This document shows, piece by piece, positions 1 to 8,835 of a stretch of 42,374 nt of DNA. This DNA comes from a virus. A program made the position numbers and the translations under genes. Under the pieces are notes generated by a model that was given only the letters and a program-made list of their open reading frames with translations, made no database searches and had not been told where the DNA came from. Positions within the stretch are counted from its first letter, which is position 1. Every line of letters starts with the position of its first letter. The stretch lies in the IMG/VR virus record IMGVR_UViG_3300045988_090786; one strand, 5' to 3'.

Positions 1-55
1 TACCAGACACCCATGCATTACCAGTCACCTCTGCATTACCAGTCACCTCTGCATT
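1..55. repeat. 55-bp terminal direct repeat, identical to 42320..42374 (circular-contig k-mer overlap)
   Basis: Character-by-character identity of window positions 1-55 and 42320-42374; both lie inside the same 18-bp tandem coding repeat. Confidence 0.9.
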
Positions 56-256
56 GCCAGCCACCCTTGCATTACCAGCCACCCATGCATTACCAGTCAC
101 CCATGCATTGCCATCGTGGCTCAAATTCTTTTCGCTTTCAATAAATCCGCCGATTTCGCCTTTCGCAACAAATCCAAAACTAATTAAAGCACGGATTCTT
201 TTAAGCGTTACGCCTGCTACAATCTTTGTTTCTCCTGTGAATTCATACTTTTTCAT
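1..256 (-). CDS. Hexapeptide-repeat (GNAxVxG) protein, N-terminal part; ATG at 256, ORF open to window edge and continues in frame at 42374 once the 55-bp overlap is removed
   Basis: Minus-strand ATG at 256..254 overlaps the downstream stop (ATGA). Translation is MKKYEFTGETKIVAGVTLKRIRALISFGFVAKGEIGGFIESEKNLSHDG followed by NAWVTG/NAWVAG/NARVAG/NAEVTG units encoded by the 18-nt repeat GCATTACCAGTCACCTCT. No stop before position 1. Confidence 0.7.
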   Translation of the reverse strand, partial: MKKYEFTGETKIVAGVTLKRIRALISFGFVAKGEIGGFIESEKNLSHDGNAWVTGNAWVAGNARVAGNAEVTGNAEVTGNAWVSG

Positions 257-429
257 AATACATTCTCCTGATTTTCAAACTCATTGATTACCGAGTAAAT
301 TAAGTCTTCCGCTTTTATCAAATCGCAGACGATATACAGCTTCTGTCCCCGCATACCCTGACGCTCATAATCCTTGCGCGCCTTATCAATTATTTCTGCC
401 GCCTGTTTCAAACTATCAATATCCATCAT
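253..429 (-). CDS. Small hypothetical protein (about 58 aa)
   Basis: ORF with GGAGGTG SD 5 nt upstream of ATG at 429; stop overlaps next start (ATGA). Confidence 0.45.
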   Translation of the reverse strand: MMDIDSLKQAAEIIDKARKDYERQGMRGQKLYIVCDLIKAEDLIYSVINEFENQENVL

Positions 430-847
430 GCTTACACCTCCACAAACCAACTAATAAACTATACATTTCATCGCCCCAGCGCTCCCAGAATCCCTGCATA
501 TACCACTGGAATGTATTTGTATCCGGCCACGTTGCATGACCGATAACCGGATTAAAATTATACGGCCATCCAATTCGGCATATACCGTATTTCTGATTTT
601 CTGTGAGCGTTGTCCCGCAACCCCGAATCATAAACAAATCCTGAAACAAATTCACATTCCGTTTTCGAGCCTTATCTAATAATTCCGTCCAGCATTGCCA
701 ATCAGACGCTCCATACGGATCAACAATTATTTCTGCGGCCATTTTCTGAAAGGTCGGACTGAGTGTTCGCCTTGCATTCATCTCTACCTGCTTAATTATA
801 ACAAAATTTTCTAAATCGTTTATAATTTGTTTGAAATCAGTTTTCAC
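416..847 (-). CDS. Hypothetical Trp-rich protein (143 aa)
   Basis: Intact ORF in the early operon downstream of the replication module; no recognisable motif. Confidence 0.45.
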   Translation of the reverse strand: MKTDFKQIINDLENFVIIKQVEMNARRTLSPTFQKMAAEIIVDPYGASDWQCWTELLDKARKRNVNLFQDLFMIRGCGTTLTENQKYGICRIGWPYNFNPVIGHATWPDTNTFQWYMQGFWERWGDEMYSLLVGLWRCKHDGY

Positions 848-908
848 TTTGTTTATCCTTTCGTAAATTCAAAGTCTAATATGCAATCGATTTTTATCGA
901 AATGGTAT

Positions 909-1171
909 GGTAACCCACCACCATGGGTTACCCCCGCAAACTTCGGAGCACCCATAAAATCAGGTAGTTTGACACGGTTAACAAAGGTAACCCGAAAATT
1001 CTGAAATACATATTGCTATTTAAAAAGACCTTTTATATAGACCCATGTAACACGCCTTATGTGTATATATATAATTACGGGTTACGGGTTACTTATACTA
1101 TATTTATTTAGGCGTTATCGGATAAAATCACAGTAACCCATAGGTAACCAAGAGGTAACCCAAGTAACCTG
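909..1171. repeat. Iteron array (GGTAACC / GGGTTAC heptamers, about 10 copies in both orientations) with AT-rich stretch; putative phage origin of replication
   Basis: GGTAACCC 909-916, GGGTTACC 925-932 (together a perfect inverted repeat), 986-993, 1079-1085, 1086-1092, 1133-1140, 1143-1150, 1154-1161, 1164-1171. AT-rich TTATGTGTATATATATAATTAC at 1057-1078. Non-coding, immediately 3' of the primase-helicase gene. Confidence 0.6.
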
Positions 1172-1173
1172 AT

Positions 1174-4101
1174 TTACTCGCAATCCGGAATTGGAATCAC
1201 TCTAACAACCTTACCGTTATATTTCATCTGTTTTGTTGGTCTGAAATTTCGATCGGAATCGTTTTTCGCACTTGCCGGTATCCGTCCGGTCTGTACCAAT
1301 TCCCTAAGCGACTTCTCATAACTTATCCCTTCGTCTTCCATCGCCTTCCGCAAATGCGCAGGGAAAACATATGTCGTATTCCCTCGGATGAATCCATAGA
1401 GCGGTGACTGCATATGGATATCACGCGACGAAAATTCACGCTCGAAGTGATTCGGATTCGACACGATCCAGCTCTGGATAAATTCCCATGCCCGATCCGG
1501 ATCGGACATATCCCGTGCTGTAAGCAACGATTTAAACACCTCTGACGCCAAATATAATGCCTGCCGCATAGCTTCAGATTCAGCAATATTCCAAAGCCAC
1601 ATGCTCGACAACACGTCCGCCGTCAGAATGACCGCCATGGCGTCCACATGCGATGATGCGTATGCCAGATATGGACGCCCGAGGGCTTCGTGCAGGCGTG
1701 TCCATATCTCATGCGCCTGTGCCTTACCGGCAAGTAGCCTCCGAATATATTCTGCTCCCGCCCAGCCGTAGTCCTGCATCTGATGGACACGTTTTGCCAG
1801 ATCGTCCGGCATGACCGGATAGGTATTAATCTCCATGATGCGGTTTTTCACACCCCGCACAGAGGTTTCCCGAGTGAGCGGTTCCTCGCCGTTGGCCATG
1901 CCGATCGTCCTCCATGAGGACGTTTTTTGCAGGCCGGTTTTGCTGGCGCGTCCTTTACCTTTACCGCCTTCCAGCATGTAGACAATGTACTCCAGATATT
2001 CCTGTCTCTCCCGTCCCTGCCCTGCGACCTGTCGTTCATTGATAGCCGCCGGAAAATCGGAAAGCATAGATAATCGACGCTCCAGCCCGGCTTTAGTCGT
2101 TAAAAATGAAGTCATAAGTTGATCCGGATTGCCCCAGACAGACAGTGCGGCTTTCATTGCGGCCGTCTTTCCGCCACCGGATGTGCCCCAGAAGTAGAGC
2201 ATGAAATTGCGCTGGTGGAACAGATATAGCAACGGTGCCGCCATGGATGCTGCCAGAATAAGCCGCGAAAAAACATATTTTCTGACTTCCGTAGCGGTCT
2301 GCATCCAGCCCTGCATAGTACCTGATACCTGCATGGCCTCCGTGATATCCCCTTCGTCGTCCATTTCTATTGCATATTTTGATATGGACGGCAGTACGAA
2401 TTCCTCTCCATAATGCCGCCAGCCAAGATTCGCGACGGAATATTTAAGCGGAATCCGATCCGAATTTACTGATTCCAATTGCTGTAAGAATTTAACAAGA
2501 TGTTTTGCCGTTTCCGAAGATACGTTCAGCCCGTAATCGGACAGTTTGACAATCGATCGTGCGGAATAAACCACGGAACGCTGCTGCAATATAGTCCGCC
2601 AGGAATTGAAATATTTAAAACTGAGTTCCAATTTTTCTTCTGACGTATCCATGTTATAAACACGTCCGGTGATCACCACCGGCGTTCCGGAAGCGGGATA
2701 TTTTAACAGTTCGCCATCCATTCGCTGCTTGTATTCCACAACGCCCGTCTGATCAAACGAAAACCCTGCAGGTATGATAAGGTCTATCGGGCAATCAGAA
2801 ACGAGCTGTGCCGTCGATTTTAAGGCCTTGCGACCGTCGGACGATACAGATGTACCTCCGGACGTTTTGGACGCGATTTTGAGCCGGTTTTGGCGTTCTT
2901 TGGCGATTGATTTATTCAGGTCACCAAGATTAACTGTCCCCTGCAGCTTAGCTTTGAAACGTGCGAATTCAATGGGTGCCTGCTGCTGCACCGTTGCCAG
3001 TGCACCGATCACCTCTGGCGTAAATACCGTGTCCGGCGTCGGATTTGATACCGCCCGCACCTTTGCGATTGCCTGCGGCAGTTTCGCCAGCGACCACCCG
3101 GACGGACATTTTACAGGACAGGAGTCACAGTACCGGAAGCCCAGCGTGTGCTGTATGTAATCGCAGGTAGTCGGCGACATATTGTCCAACACCTCAGCTA
3201 TTTTGCGATCCGTATCGGCGGCATTATATCGAGAAGTGTCGATTTTCGATAGCTCATGGCACGCCTGCACCCCATCCGACGCCCGCGCCAGATTCGATAA
3301 TGCCGCCACCCATTCCTCATACGTGATTTTTGTGGCGTCCAGCTGACAGTGCTGCAGAAATTTACAGTTTGCTATCATAGCAGCTGCATTGCCGTCCGTA
3401 GGATTCCGCTTAAATCTCGGTTCCCGAATTTCGGCGGCAGGTTCAGCGACGTCCACATCCAGAGCCGTAAAAACGGACAAATCATAACGGACATCCGATG
3501 ATTCGATAATTTCGCATTTGACCGGCTCCATCGGATTTTTGAAATTCCATGTTCCCGGCACCCGCAGAATGCGGGATGGATCAGCCGTGGAATCTACCGT
3601 CCACCCGCGGGCAGCAGCGTTGTTTTTACAGACTTGCTGTATTTTTTTGATCGCCAGTTTAACGTTGTCTCGTGTTTCCGCCGTGAGCATAGCAGGCTGT
3701 TTTAAGAGCCAGTACGCATGCAGTCCGTGACCGCTGCTCACAATAATTGACGGCGGCAGATCATGTGGCAGTATGAGTTCCGCATACTCGACATTCGGCG
3801 GTAACTTCTGCGATGCATGAGCGTTATCATCCGCGATATCGATGTCAACCCACAAGCAGCCAAGGGCGGAAATATTGTCCGCAGTTGACCGCTTATTTTC
3901 CGCAACCGGAGCCGGAGTGCAGCCGAGCGAAAAATAGACATCAAAACCGTCGTCTGTCAGCCGCTGCGATAACTGCGTCACCGCATCCGGCATATCCGGA
4001 TTGACCGGGATGGGATATGACCGCTTATGCTGTAGCGTCCACAGATATATCCATCCCGGACAGTTCCGGAACAATTCCGCAAAAAATGATTTAATATCCA
4101 T
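1174..4101 (-). CDS. Bifunctional primase-polymerase (prim-pol) / SF3 (D5/P4-type) helicase replication protein
   Basis: N-terminal prim-pol motifs (VDIDIADD, SGHGLHAYW); C-terminal Walker A FWGTSGGGKTAAM typical of P4/D5-like helicases; GGGGAG SD before ATG 4101. A GTG at 4113 is also possible. Confidence 0.85.
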   Translation of the reverse strand: MDIKSFFAELFRNCPGWIYLWTLQHKRSYPIPVNPDMPDAVTQLSQRLTDDGFDVYFSLGCTPAPVAENKRSTADNISALGCLWVDIDIADDNAHASQKLPPNVEYAELILPHDLPPSIIVSSGHGLHAYWLLKQPAMLTAETRDNVKLAIKKIQQVCKNNAAARGWTVDSTADPSRILRVPGTWNFKNPMEPVKCEIIESSDVRYDLSVFTALDVDVAEPAAEIREPRFKRNPTDGNAAAMIANCKFLQHCQLDATKITYEEWVAALSNLARASDGVQACHELSKIDTSRYNAADTDRKIAEVLDNMSPTTCDYIQHTLGFRYCDSCPVKCPSGWSLAKLPQAIAKVRAVSNPTPDTVFTPEVIGALATVQQQAPIEFARFKAKLQGTVNLGDLNKSIAKERQNRLKIASKTSGGTSVSSDGRKALKSTAQLVSDCPIDLIIPAGFSFDQTGVVEYKQRMDGELLKYPASGTPVVITGRVYNMDTSEEKLELSFKYFNSWRTILQQRSVVYSARSIVKLSDYGLNVSSETAKHLVKFLQQLESVNSDRIPLKYSVANLGWRHYGEEFVLPSISKYAIEMDDEGDITEAMQVSGTMQGWMQTATEVRKYVFSRLILAASMAAPLLYLFHQRNFMLYFWGTSGGGKTAAMKAALSVWGNPDQLMTSFLTTKAGLERRLSMLSDFPAAINERQVAGQGRERQEYLEYIVYMLEGGKGKGRASKTGLQKTSSWRTIGMANGEEPLTRETSVRGVKNRIMEINTYPVMPDDLAKRVHQMQDYGWAGAEYIRRLLAGKAQAHEIWTRLHEALGRPYLAYASSHVDAMAVILTADVLSSMWLWNIAESEAMRQALYLASEVFKSLLTARDMSDPDRAWEFIQSWIVSNPNHFEREFSSRDIHMQSPLYGFIRGNTTYVFPAHLRKAMEDEGISYEKSLRELVQTGRIPASAKNDSDRNFRPTKQMKYNGKVVRVIPIPDCE

Positions 4102-4492
4102 AATGCTCCCCACTTAATATCCGCTCCGCATCATTGACGGAACGGGCAACCCCGCAATAACAATGATTCTGCGCCATCCATTCCAGCGTAAGCCGCTGTT
4201 TCCGACGCAGTCCGCCGTGCGGTGTTTTGATTTCCAGCGCGCAAAACACCGCGAGTTTCGTGCCGACCATCTCCGGCGTTATTGTGATTTCCCGGAATCC
4301 GAACAGATCCGGGAACCCGCCGGGAAGTCCCGTAGAAAACGGATGCGGATGTAAAATCCGCAGACAGTCGGGGCTCTCCCGAATAATCGTTTTTCCCGTC
4401 CATCCCGAGCCGACATTTGCCCGGAAAAACGTTCCGAGCTGATTTCGTGATAGATGAACGCGTATTTCATTTTGAAGCTCATGTTCAAGCAT
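4091..4492 (-). CDS. VRR-NUC domain nuclease
   Basis: GFPDL...EIKTPHGGL...Q pattern characteristic of VRR-NUC; GAGGTG SD 8 nt upstream of ATG 4492. Confidence 0.65.
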   Translation of the reverse strand: MLEHELQNEIRVHLSRNQLGTFFRANVGSGWTGKTIIRESPDCLRILHPHPFSTGLPGGFPDLFGFREITITPEMVGTKLAVFCALEIKTPHGGLRRKQRLTLEWMAQNHCYCGVARSVNDAERILSGEHYGY

Positions 4493-4509
4493 ATAAATGC
4501 ACCTCATTT

Positions 4510-5892
4510 TTATCCGGATTGCCGGATGCCCTTAATTTCCATCATCCGGCGTACCCATCCGAATTTGTAACCTCGTTTGACAGCAATATTTTCAAGATCC
4601 GCACGGCTTCGCGCCCGTCCGACTTCCTGCCTGCGCCGGCGTTTTTCTATGATTTCGAGACTTTCAACTTTTGCAAGCAGTCCATCCTGCGACGTAACCT
4701 CATACTCCTGAATCTCCGGGCAATAGCCGCAGTATGGGCAGGTGCGCGTCGGCGTATTCCAGACCTGAAAACATTTCATGCATTGATGCAATGCGAGTGT
4801 GCGATTTTGTTTCTTCTTGACTTTTGATTCCAGCGTCCAGTCCTGTGGCGCATTCGGCAGCCCATGTCGGAAACAGTTTCCGACGTGGTCTATAATGACC
4901 GCCCGCTTGTTCGGATTATCCGGATCGGGACGGAGTGGCCGCATGGATTGCTGAATGAATAATGTCAGTGACGCTGTCGGACGGGCAAGAATAACCGCAT
5001 CCATCCCCGGCACGTCGAAGCCTTCGCCCAACAGATCCACATTACAGAGTATGCGGATTTTTTTATTCCGGAAATCGGTAATAATCTGATCCCGCTCCGC
5101 CCGTGGCGTTTCGCCGTCAACGTGAGCTGCAGGGATATCCGCTGCTCGGAATTGAGCGGCAATATGCTCCGAATGTGACCGGCTGACGCAGTAACATACT
5201 GCCTGACGCCCGTCTGCCAGCTTTTGATAATTTTTAACGATATCGCCGATAATATCGATATCATCAACCACGGCGGACAACTCTGATTTGACATAATCAC
5301 CGAACCGGATATGCACCGATTTCATATCGGCTTTGGACGGCGGCGCGTAATAGTCATACGGTGTGAGCGAATGCCGGCTGATTAAATCATCAACCGACGG
5401 ACCGATAACTAACGATTTAAAGATATCCCCCAGCCCGTTACCGTCCAGCCGTGCCGGTGTCGCCGTAACGCCCAGCGTGAGCGCACCGGGAAATGCGTTA
5501 ATGATTTTTCGCCAGGTTCTGGATGTAGCGTGATGCGCCTCGTCGATGATAATAAAATCCGGCGCTTTGATTTTATCCAGCCGCCGTGCAACGGTCTGCG
5601 TACTTCCAATTTGCACACTTGCGGCATAGTCACAGGCCGCTCCGGCAGATATGATCCCATGATTAATACCCATAGCCGAGAACGTCCGATCGGACTGGTC
5701 AATAAGTTCCCGCCGGTGCACAAGAAACAGAACCCGCTTACCGGTGAGTGCTGTTTTCCCGGCCATCCAGCCCACCATAACTGTCTTGCCTGCTCCGCAG
5801 GGAGCCACGGCACAGACGGACGGCGAGCCTGCGGTGTACTTAGCGGCGATACGGTCAATCAGATCCCTCTGATAATCCCGCAGGGCAATCAT
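4510..5892 (-). CDS. SF2 DNA helicase (ResIII/DEAD-like) with C-terminal Cys4 zinc ribbon
   Basis: Walker A APCGAGKT, DEAH box IIIDEAHH, C-terminal CxxC...CxxC; start abuts the SSB stop. Confidence 0.8.
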   Translation of the reverse strand: MIALRDYQRDLIDRIAAKYTAGSPSVCAVAPCGAGKTVMVGWMAGKTALTGKRVLFLVHRRELIDQSDRTFSAMGINHGIISAGAACDYAASVQIGSTQTVARRLDKIKAPDFIIIDEAHHATSRTWRKIINAFPGALTLGVTATPARLDGNGLGDIFKSLVIGPSVDDLISRHSLTPYDYYAPPSKADMKSVHIRFGDYVKSELSAVVDDIDIIGDIVKNYQKLADGRQAVCYCVSRSHSEHIAAQFRAADIPAAHVDGETPRAERDQIITDFRNKKIRILCNVDLLGEGFDVPGMDAVILARPTASLTLFIQQSMRPLRPDPDNPNKRAVIIDHVGNCFRHGLPNAPQDWTLESKVKKKQNRTLALHQCMKCFQVWNTPTRTCPYCGYCPEIQEYEVTSQDGLLAKVESLEIIEKRRRRQEVGRARSRADLENIAVKRGYKFGWVRRMMEIKGIRQSG

Positions 5893-6381
5893 TTATCTTG
5901 ACCATGGAACACCGGCCGGAGCCTGCGGCATGCCGGGGAGCCGTGTCTGTTGCGGAGCTGGCTGCTGATATGGCACGGATGGTTGAGTATATGCCGGAGC
6001 CGGTGCTGCCGCAGGTGCCGGTGCGGTTTGTGGTGCTGTCGCAGTTTGCGGCGACCATGTCGGCGTATTGTCCGCGCGGGTTTCGACGAATTCCATGCCG
6101 TCAAGTACCGCATTCAGTGTCGCCCGGGCTTCGCCGTCATTTCCGACATATGCGGACGGTTCAAGATTCCGCACGTGCGCAACGATGCGGTTTCCTTTTG
6201 TAAAATACTGCATAATCACATCGCCGCGGCGTCCAAACGCAGAAACATTAACGAACGTAGCTGGCCGATCTTTGCCGTTGTCGCACGCCATGGAAAACCT
6301 GACATACGGATCACCACCGCTCCGTGGTGCGACCTGTTCCGGATTTTTTGTTAATCTGCCGTAGAGTGTAGCTGTTATCAT
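5893..6381 (-). CDS. ssb: Single-stranded DNA-binding protein (SSB) with Pro/Gln/Ala-rich tail
   Basis: OB-fold-like N-terminus, low-complexity PQ-rich C-terminus, strong AGGAGG SD; position between recombinase ATPase and helicase. Confidence 0.7.
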   Translation of the reverse strand: MITATLYGRLTKNPEQVAPRSGGDPYVRFSMACDNGKDRPATFVNVSAFGRRGDVIMQYFTKGNRIVAHVRNLEPSAYVGNDGEARATLNAVLDGMEFVETRADNTPTWSPQTATAPQTAPAPAAAPAPAYTQPSVPYQQPAPQQTRLPGMPQAPAGVPWSR

Positions 6382-6396
6382 AATTCATTCCTCCTG

Positions 6397-7404
6397 TTAA
6401 AACACAATTTCGCCATCTTTGACTTCCGCAATTTGCGCGAAGCCGTTCCGGCTTAAATAATCCGTGATTTCCTTATCGATCGCCGCCAGATCGTCCGCCG
6501 TAATATCGGCTGCGGTCTTGCCGGACGATTTCATTCGCTCCGATAGATACGCATCCAACGACCCTGACGCGTCCCACTTCGTGTCATGCCAGATTCGAGA
6601 CAATCGTTTTTTGTAAATATCCACCGCCGACGGCATGGCTGACGGTTTCGGCTGTGGCTTCGGTTCCGGTGTATTATTTACCGGCTGCGGCTGTGATGCC
6701 GTGAGTGCGGGAGATTCTCCGACTGTCAGCCAGTGCAGCAATGCTTTTCCGCACTCTGCCGACGGGGTGAAATACTGCCCGTCAAACATATTTGTACGGT
6801 CTTTGCTGACTGTTGCGGTGTGATTCTGGCTGAGATCGAACACTGTCGTAAACTCATATTCAATTCCGTCCCTCTGAATCGGAGCCATGCCGACCTTTTG
6901 TATTTGCTTTTTCCCGTTGACTTCGGTCTGGATATATTCCGTTTTCGCCCGCATCGTCGCTATTACATGTAACGGGCTATGCAGTATGGTTTCGACTAAC
7001 TGGTTGTGTAACGGCGTTATTTCCCGCCATGCCGCCCAGCTGTTCCCGCGATATTTGCTTTCTGTAGCTTTACCCTGCTGGTCAAGCAGACCGCCTTCGC
7101 CGCTCCACGCATGCGATAAGCTGTCGATGATAATTAACTCAAATCCGGCATTTTCTGCGGTGTGAATCGCCTCTATATATTTTTGCGGGGAATATGGTGG
7201 ATTTATTGTGACCGTTGAGTAATCACCCAGGTCTGCATATAAATCTGCAGATCCGGATTCTGTGTCAATCACCGCCACCTTGCTCATCGGCACAATGCCG
7301 CTGGCGATGAGCAAAGCAGAATACGTTTTCCCCGCTCCGGAAGCTCCGGAAATTGCCAGCCGGAGCTTCGCTTTGCTTCGTTTTGCTTTTTTAAATTCAA
7401 TCAT
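6397..7404 (-). CDS. Sak4-like RecA-fold ATPase (phage recombination/annealing helper)
   Basis: Walker A GASGAGKT near N-terminus, Walker B-like IIIDS; AGGGAGG SD; adjacent to DUF1351-like and SSB genes as in Bacillota phage recombination modules. Confidence 0.6.
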   Translation of the reverse strand: MIEFKKAKRSKAKLRLAISGASGAGKTYSALLIASGIVPMSKVAVIDTESGSADLYADLGDYSTVTINPPYSPQKYIEAIHTAENAGFELIIIDSLSHAWSGEGGLLDQQGKATESKYRGNSWAAWREITPLHNQLVETILHSPLHVIATMRAKTEYIQTEVNGKKQIQKVGMAPIQRDGIEYEFTTVFDLSQNHTATVSKDRTNMFDGQYFTPSAECGKALLHWLTVGESPALTASQPQPVNNTPEPKPQPKPSAMPSAVDIYKKRLSRIWHDTKWDASGSLDAYLSERMKSSGKTAADITADDLAAIDKEITDYLSRNGFAQIAEVKDGEIVF

Positions 7405-7406
7405 TT

Positions 7407-8333
7407 TTATCCCTCCCTGATTTCCGTATCGTATTTAATATTTGCCGGAATTTCGTATAAGAATTCCTGCATGCTTTGATAATCCAGCTCATTCTGCAGT
7501 GAAATTGTAAGAATCATTGTCCGTGGCCATCCGGTCGTCTGCGGAATCGGCGGCGGAGCAATACTCGGTGTAACCGGAGCGGTAACCGGAGCCGTTCGGG
7601 CTGTGGCTTCAATTTCAGATTGACGCTCTGCGGCCTGCCGGATAAACCCTTTGATCTCTGCATTCGGTTTTTCAAGCACGGCGTCCGCTAATATATCCGG
7701 CGTAAGCGGTGTCGCCAGATTATACTCTGCATTAACTGTATTAATATAGGCGGTTCCCATTTCACGGCGGGTTTCTTTGAGTTCCGCCAGATTATCTGCC
7801 GTAACTTGCTGGGAATACAAATCCGACACGACATGGTCTATATCAATGCAGGTCTCCGACCACTTCGCCGTTTTATTAAACCAGCGTTCCGGAATTTCAA
7901 ATAACCGGTATTCCTCCCGCAAGCCTGCGGCGTCGGCTTTTGCCGTAAACTCTCGGCCGATAGCCGCCTGCAGCTCATCCCGGCGTTTGTTTTCATAGAC
8001 GTCCAGTTGCTCCTTTAATGGAGCTTCGACGCTATTTACGATTGACAGTAAGTTTTTGCATTGCCGGGCGAAATCATCGACCGGCTTTTTTAATTGCCGC
8101 TTGCCATTGATTTCAAATTTCTGAATTCCGGTTCGAATACTGACGACTTCCCGAAGAGTTTTCTCCATGTCCTTCTGGTTTTCATCTGTGACGACCAGCC
8201 CTGCATATTTCTCGACGAGGTTTGACAGATACGCCTCGACGTCTTCAAAATTCGTTTTAACCGGTAATACTTCCGAAATGATTTTCGGTTCTACCGCCGG
8301 AATAATAATTGCTTCTGCTTCAATTGTTTTCAT
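7407..8333 (-). CDS. DUF1351-like phage protein (partner of Sak4-type recombinases)
   Basis: Size, charged/coiled composition and synteny immediately upstream of the Sak4-like ATPase; GGGAGG SD. Confidence 0.4.
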   Translation of the reverse strand: MKTIEAEAIIIPAVEPKIISEVLPVKTNFEDVEAYLSNLVEKYAGLVVTDENQKDMEKTLREVVSIRTGIQKFEINGKRQLKKPVDDFARQCKNLLSIVNSVEAPLKEQLDVYENKRRDELQAAIGREFTAKADAAGLREEYRLFEIPERWFNKTAKWSETCIDIDHVVSDLYSQQVTADNLAELKETRREMGTAYINTVNAEYNLATPLTPDILADAVLEKPNAEIKGFIRQAAERQSEIEATARTAPVTAPVTPSIAPPPIPQTTGWPRTMILTISLQNELDYQSMQEFLYEIPANIKYDTEIREG

Positions 8334-8387
8334 GTTTGTCCTCCCGAATGTGTTATAATAAATGATGTAGACGCACCTTGCGTGCAG

Positions 8388-8427
8388 CCATCGGATATTA
8401 CTGTATCCGGTGGCCTTTTTTATTTGT
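8388..8427 (+). terminator. Plus-strand intrinsic terminator (antisense to early operon)
   Basis: Stem CCAUCGGAU / AUCCGGUGG (one G-U pair), 8-nt loop, followed by CCTTTTTTATTTG on plus strand only. Confidence 0.45.
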
Positions 8428-8517
8428 CCATATCAATAAATCCCATATAATAGAGATCTCCATCTGCATCAAGCAGATATTCCATCCCATTAATTCCGGT
8501 GTTCCTTGTCACAATAA

Positions 8518-8835
8518 TCATCTTTTTATATAAACCTCCTTATCCCTGCGCCCGAATTGAATGGCTGAATCGTAATCCTCCATGAAGATATCAATACAGT
8601 TGTCAATCCCGCAGCGGTCATTCACAATGTATTCCACGCCATCGATAATGATGACCGTCCCGAACGGCAGAAAATTACAAGCTACTCCGCCGACGTGGAC
8701 GCGTTCGCCCGTTGCGGTGATTGTCCCACAATCATACGGCGTGTAAGCGCTGCATTCCGACACGATCCACTCCGCATGTGCAGGTAAGATTCCTGTAACC
8801 CCAATCAGAAAAGCCAATATTAAGGTTCTCCTCAT
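8518..8835 (-). CDS. Secreted 3D-domain protein (MltA/Rpf-type Asp-rich cell-wall domain)
   Basis: Signal-peptide-like N-terminus MRRTLILAFLIGVTGILPAHA, then GERVHVGGVACNFLPFGTVIIIDGVEYIVNDRCG matching the 3D domain pattern; AAAGGAGG SD. Confidence 0.6.
   Translation of the reverse strand: MRRTLILAFLIGVTGILPAHAEWIVSECSAYTPYDCGTITATGERVHVGGVACNFLPFGTVIIIDGVEYIVNDRCGIDNCIDIFMEDYDSAIQFGRRDKEVYIKR

Noticed and set aside
1-120. 18-bp tandem repeats at both window ends considered as a CRISPR array or terminal inverted repeats
   Set aside because: The repeats are contiguous with no spacers, are in direct orientation, and are in-frame coding sequence (hexapeptide units). The two ends are the same locus split by the circular-contig overlap.
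5409-5901. Overlapping 149-aa and 123-aa ORFs inside the SF2 helicase gene
   Set aside because: Embedded alternative-frame ORFs in GC-richer DNA, with no SDs and an unnatural Arg/Pro/Trp-rich composition.
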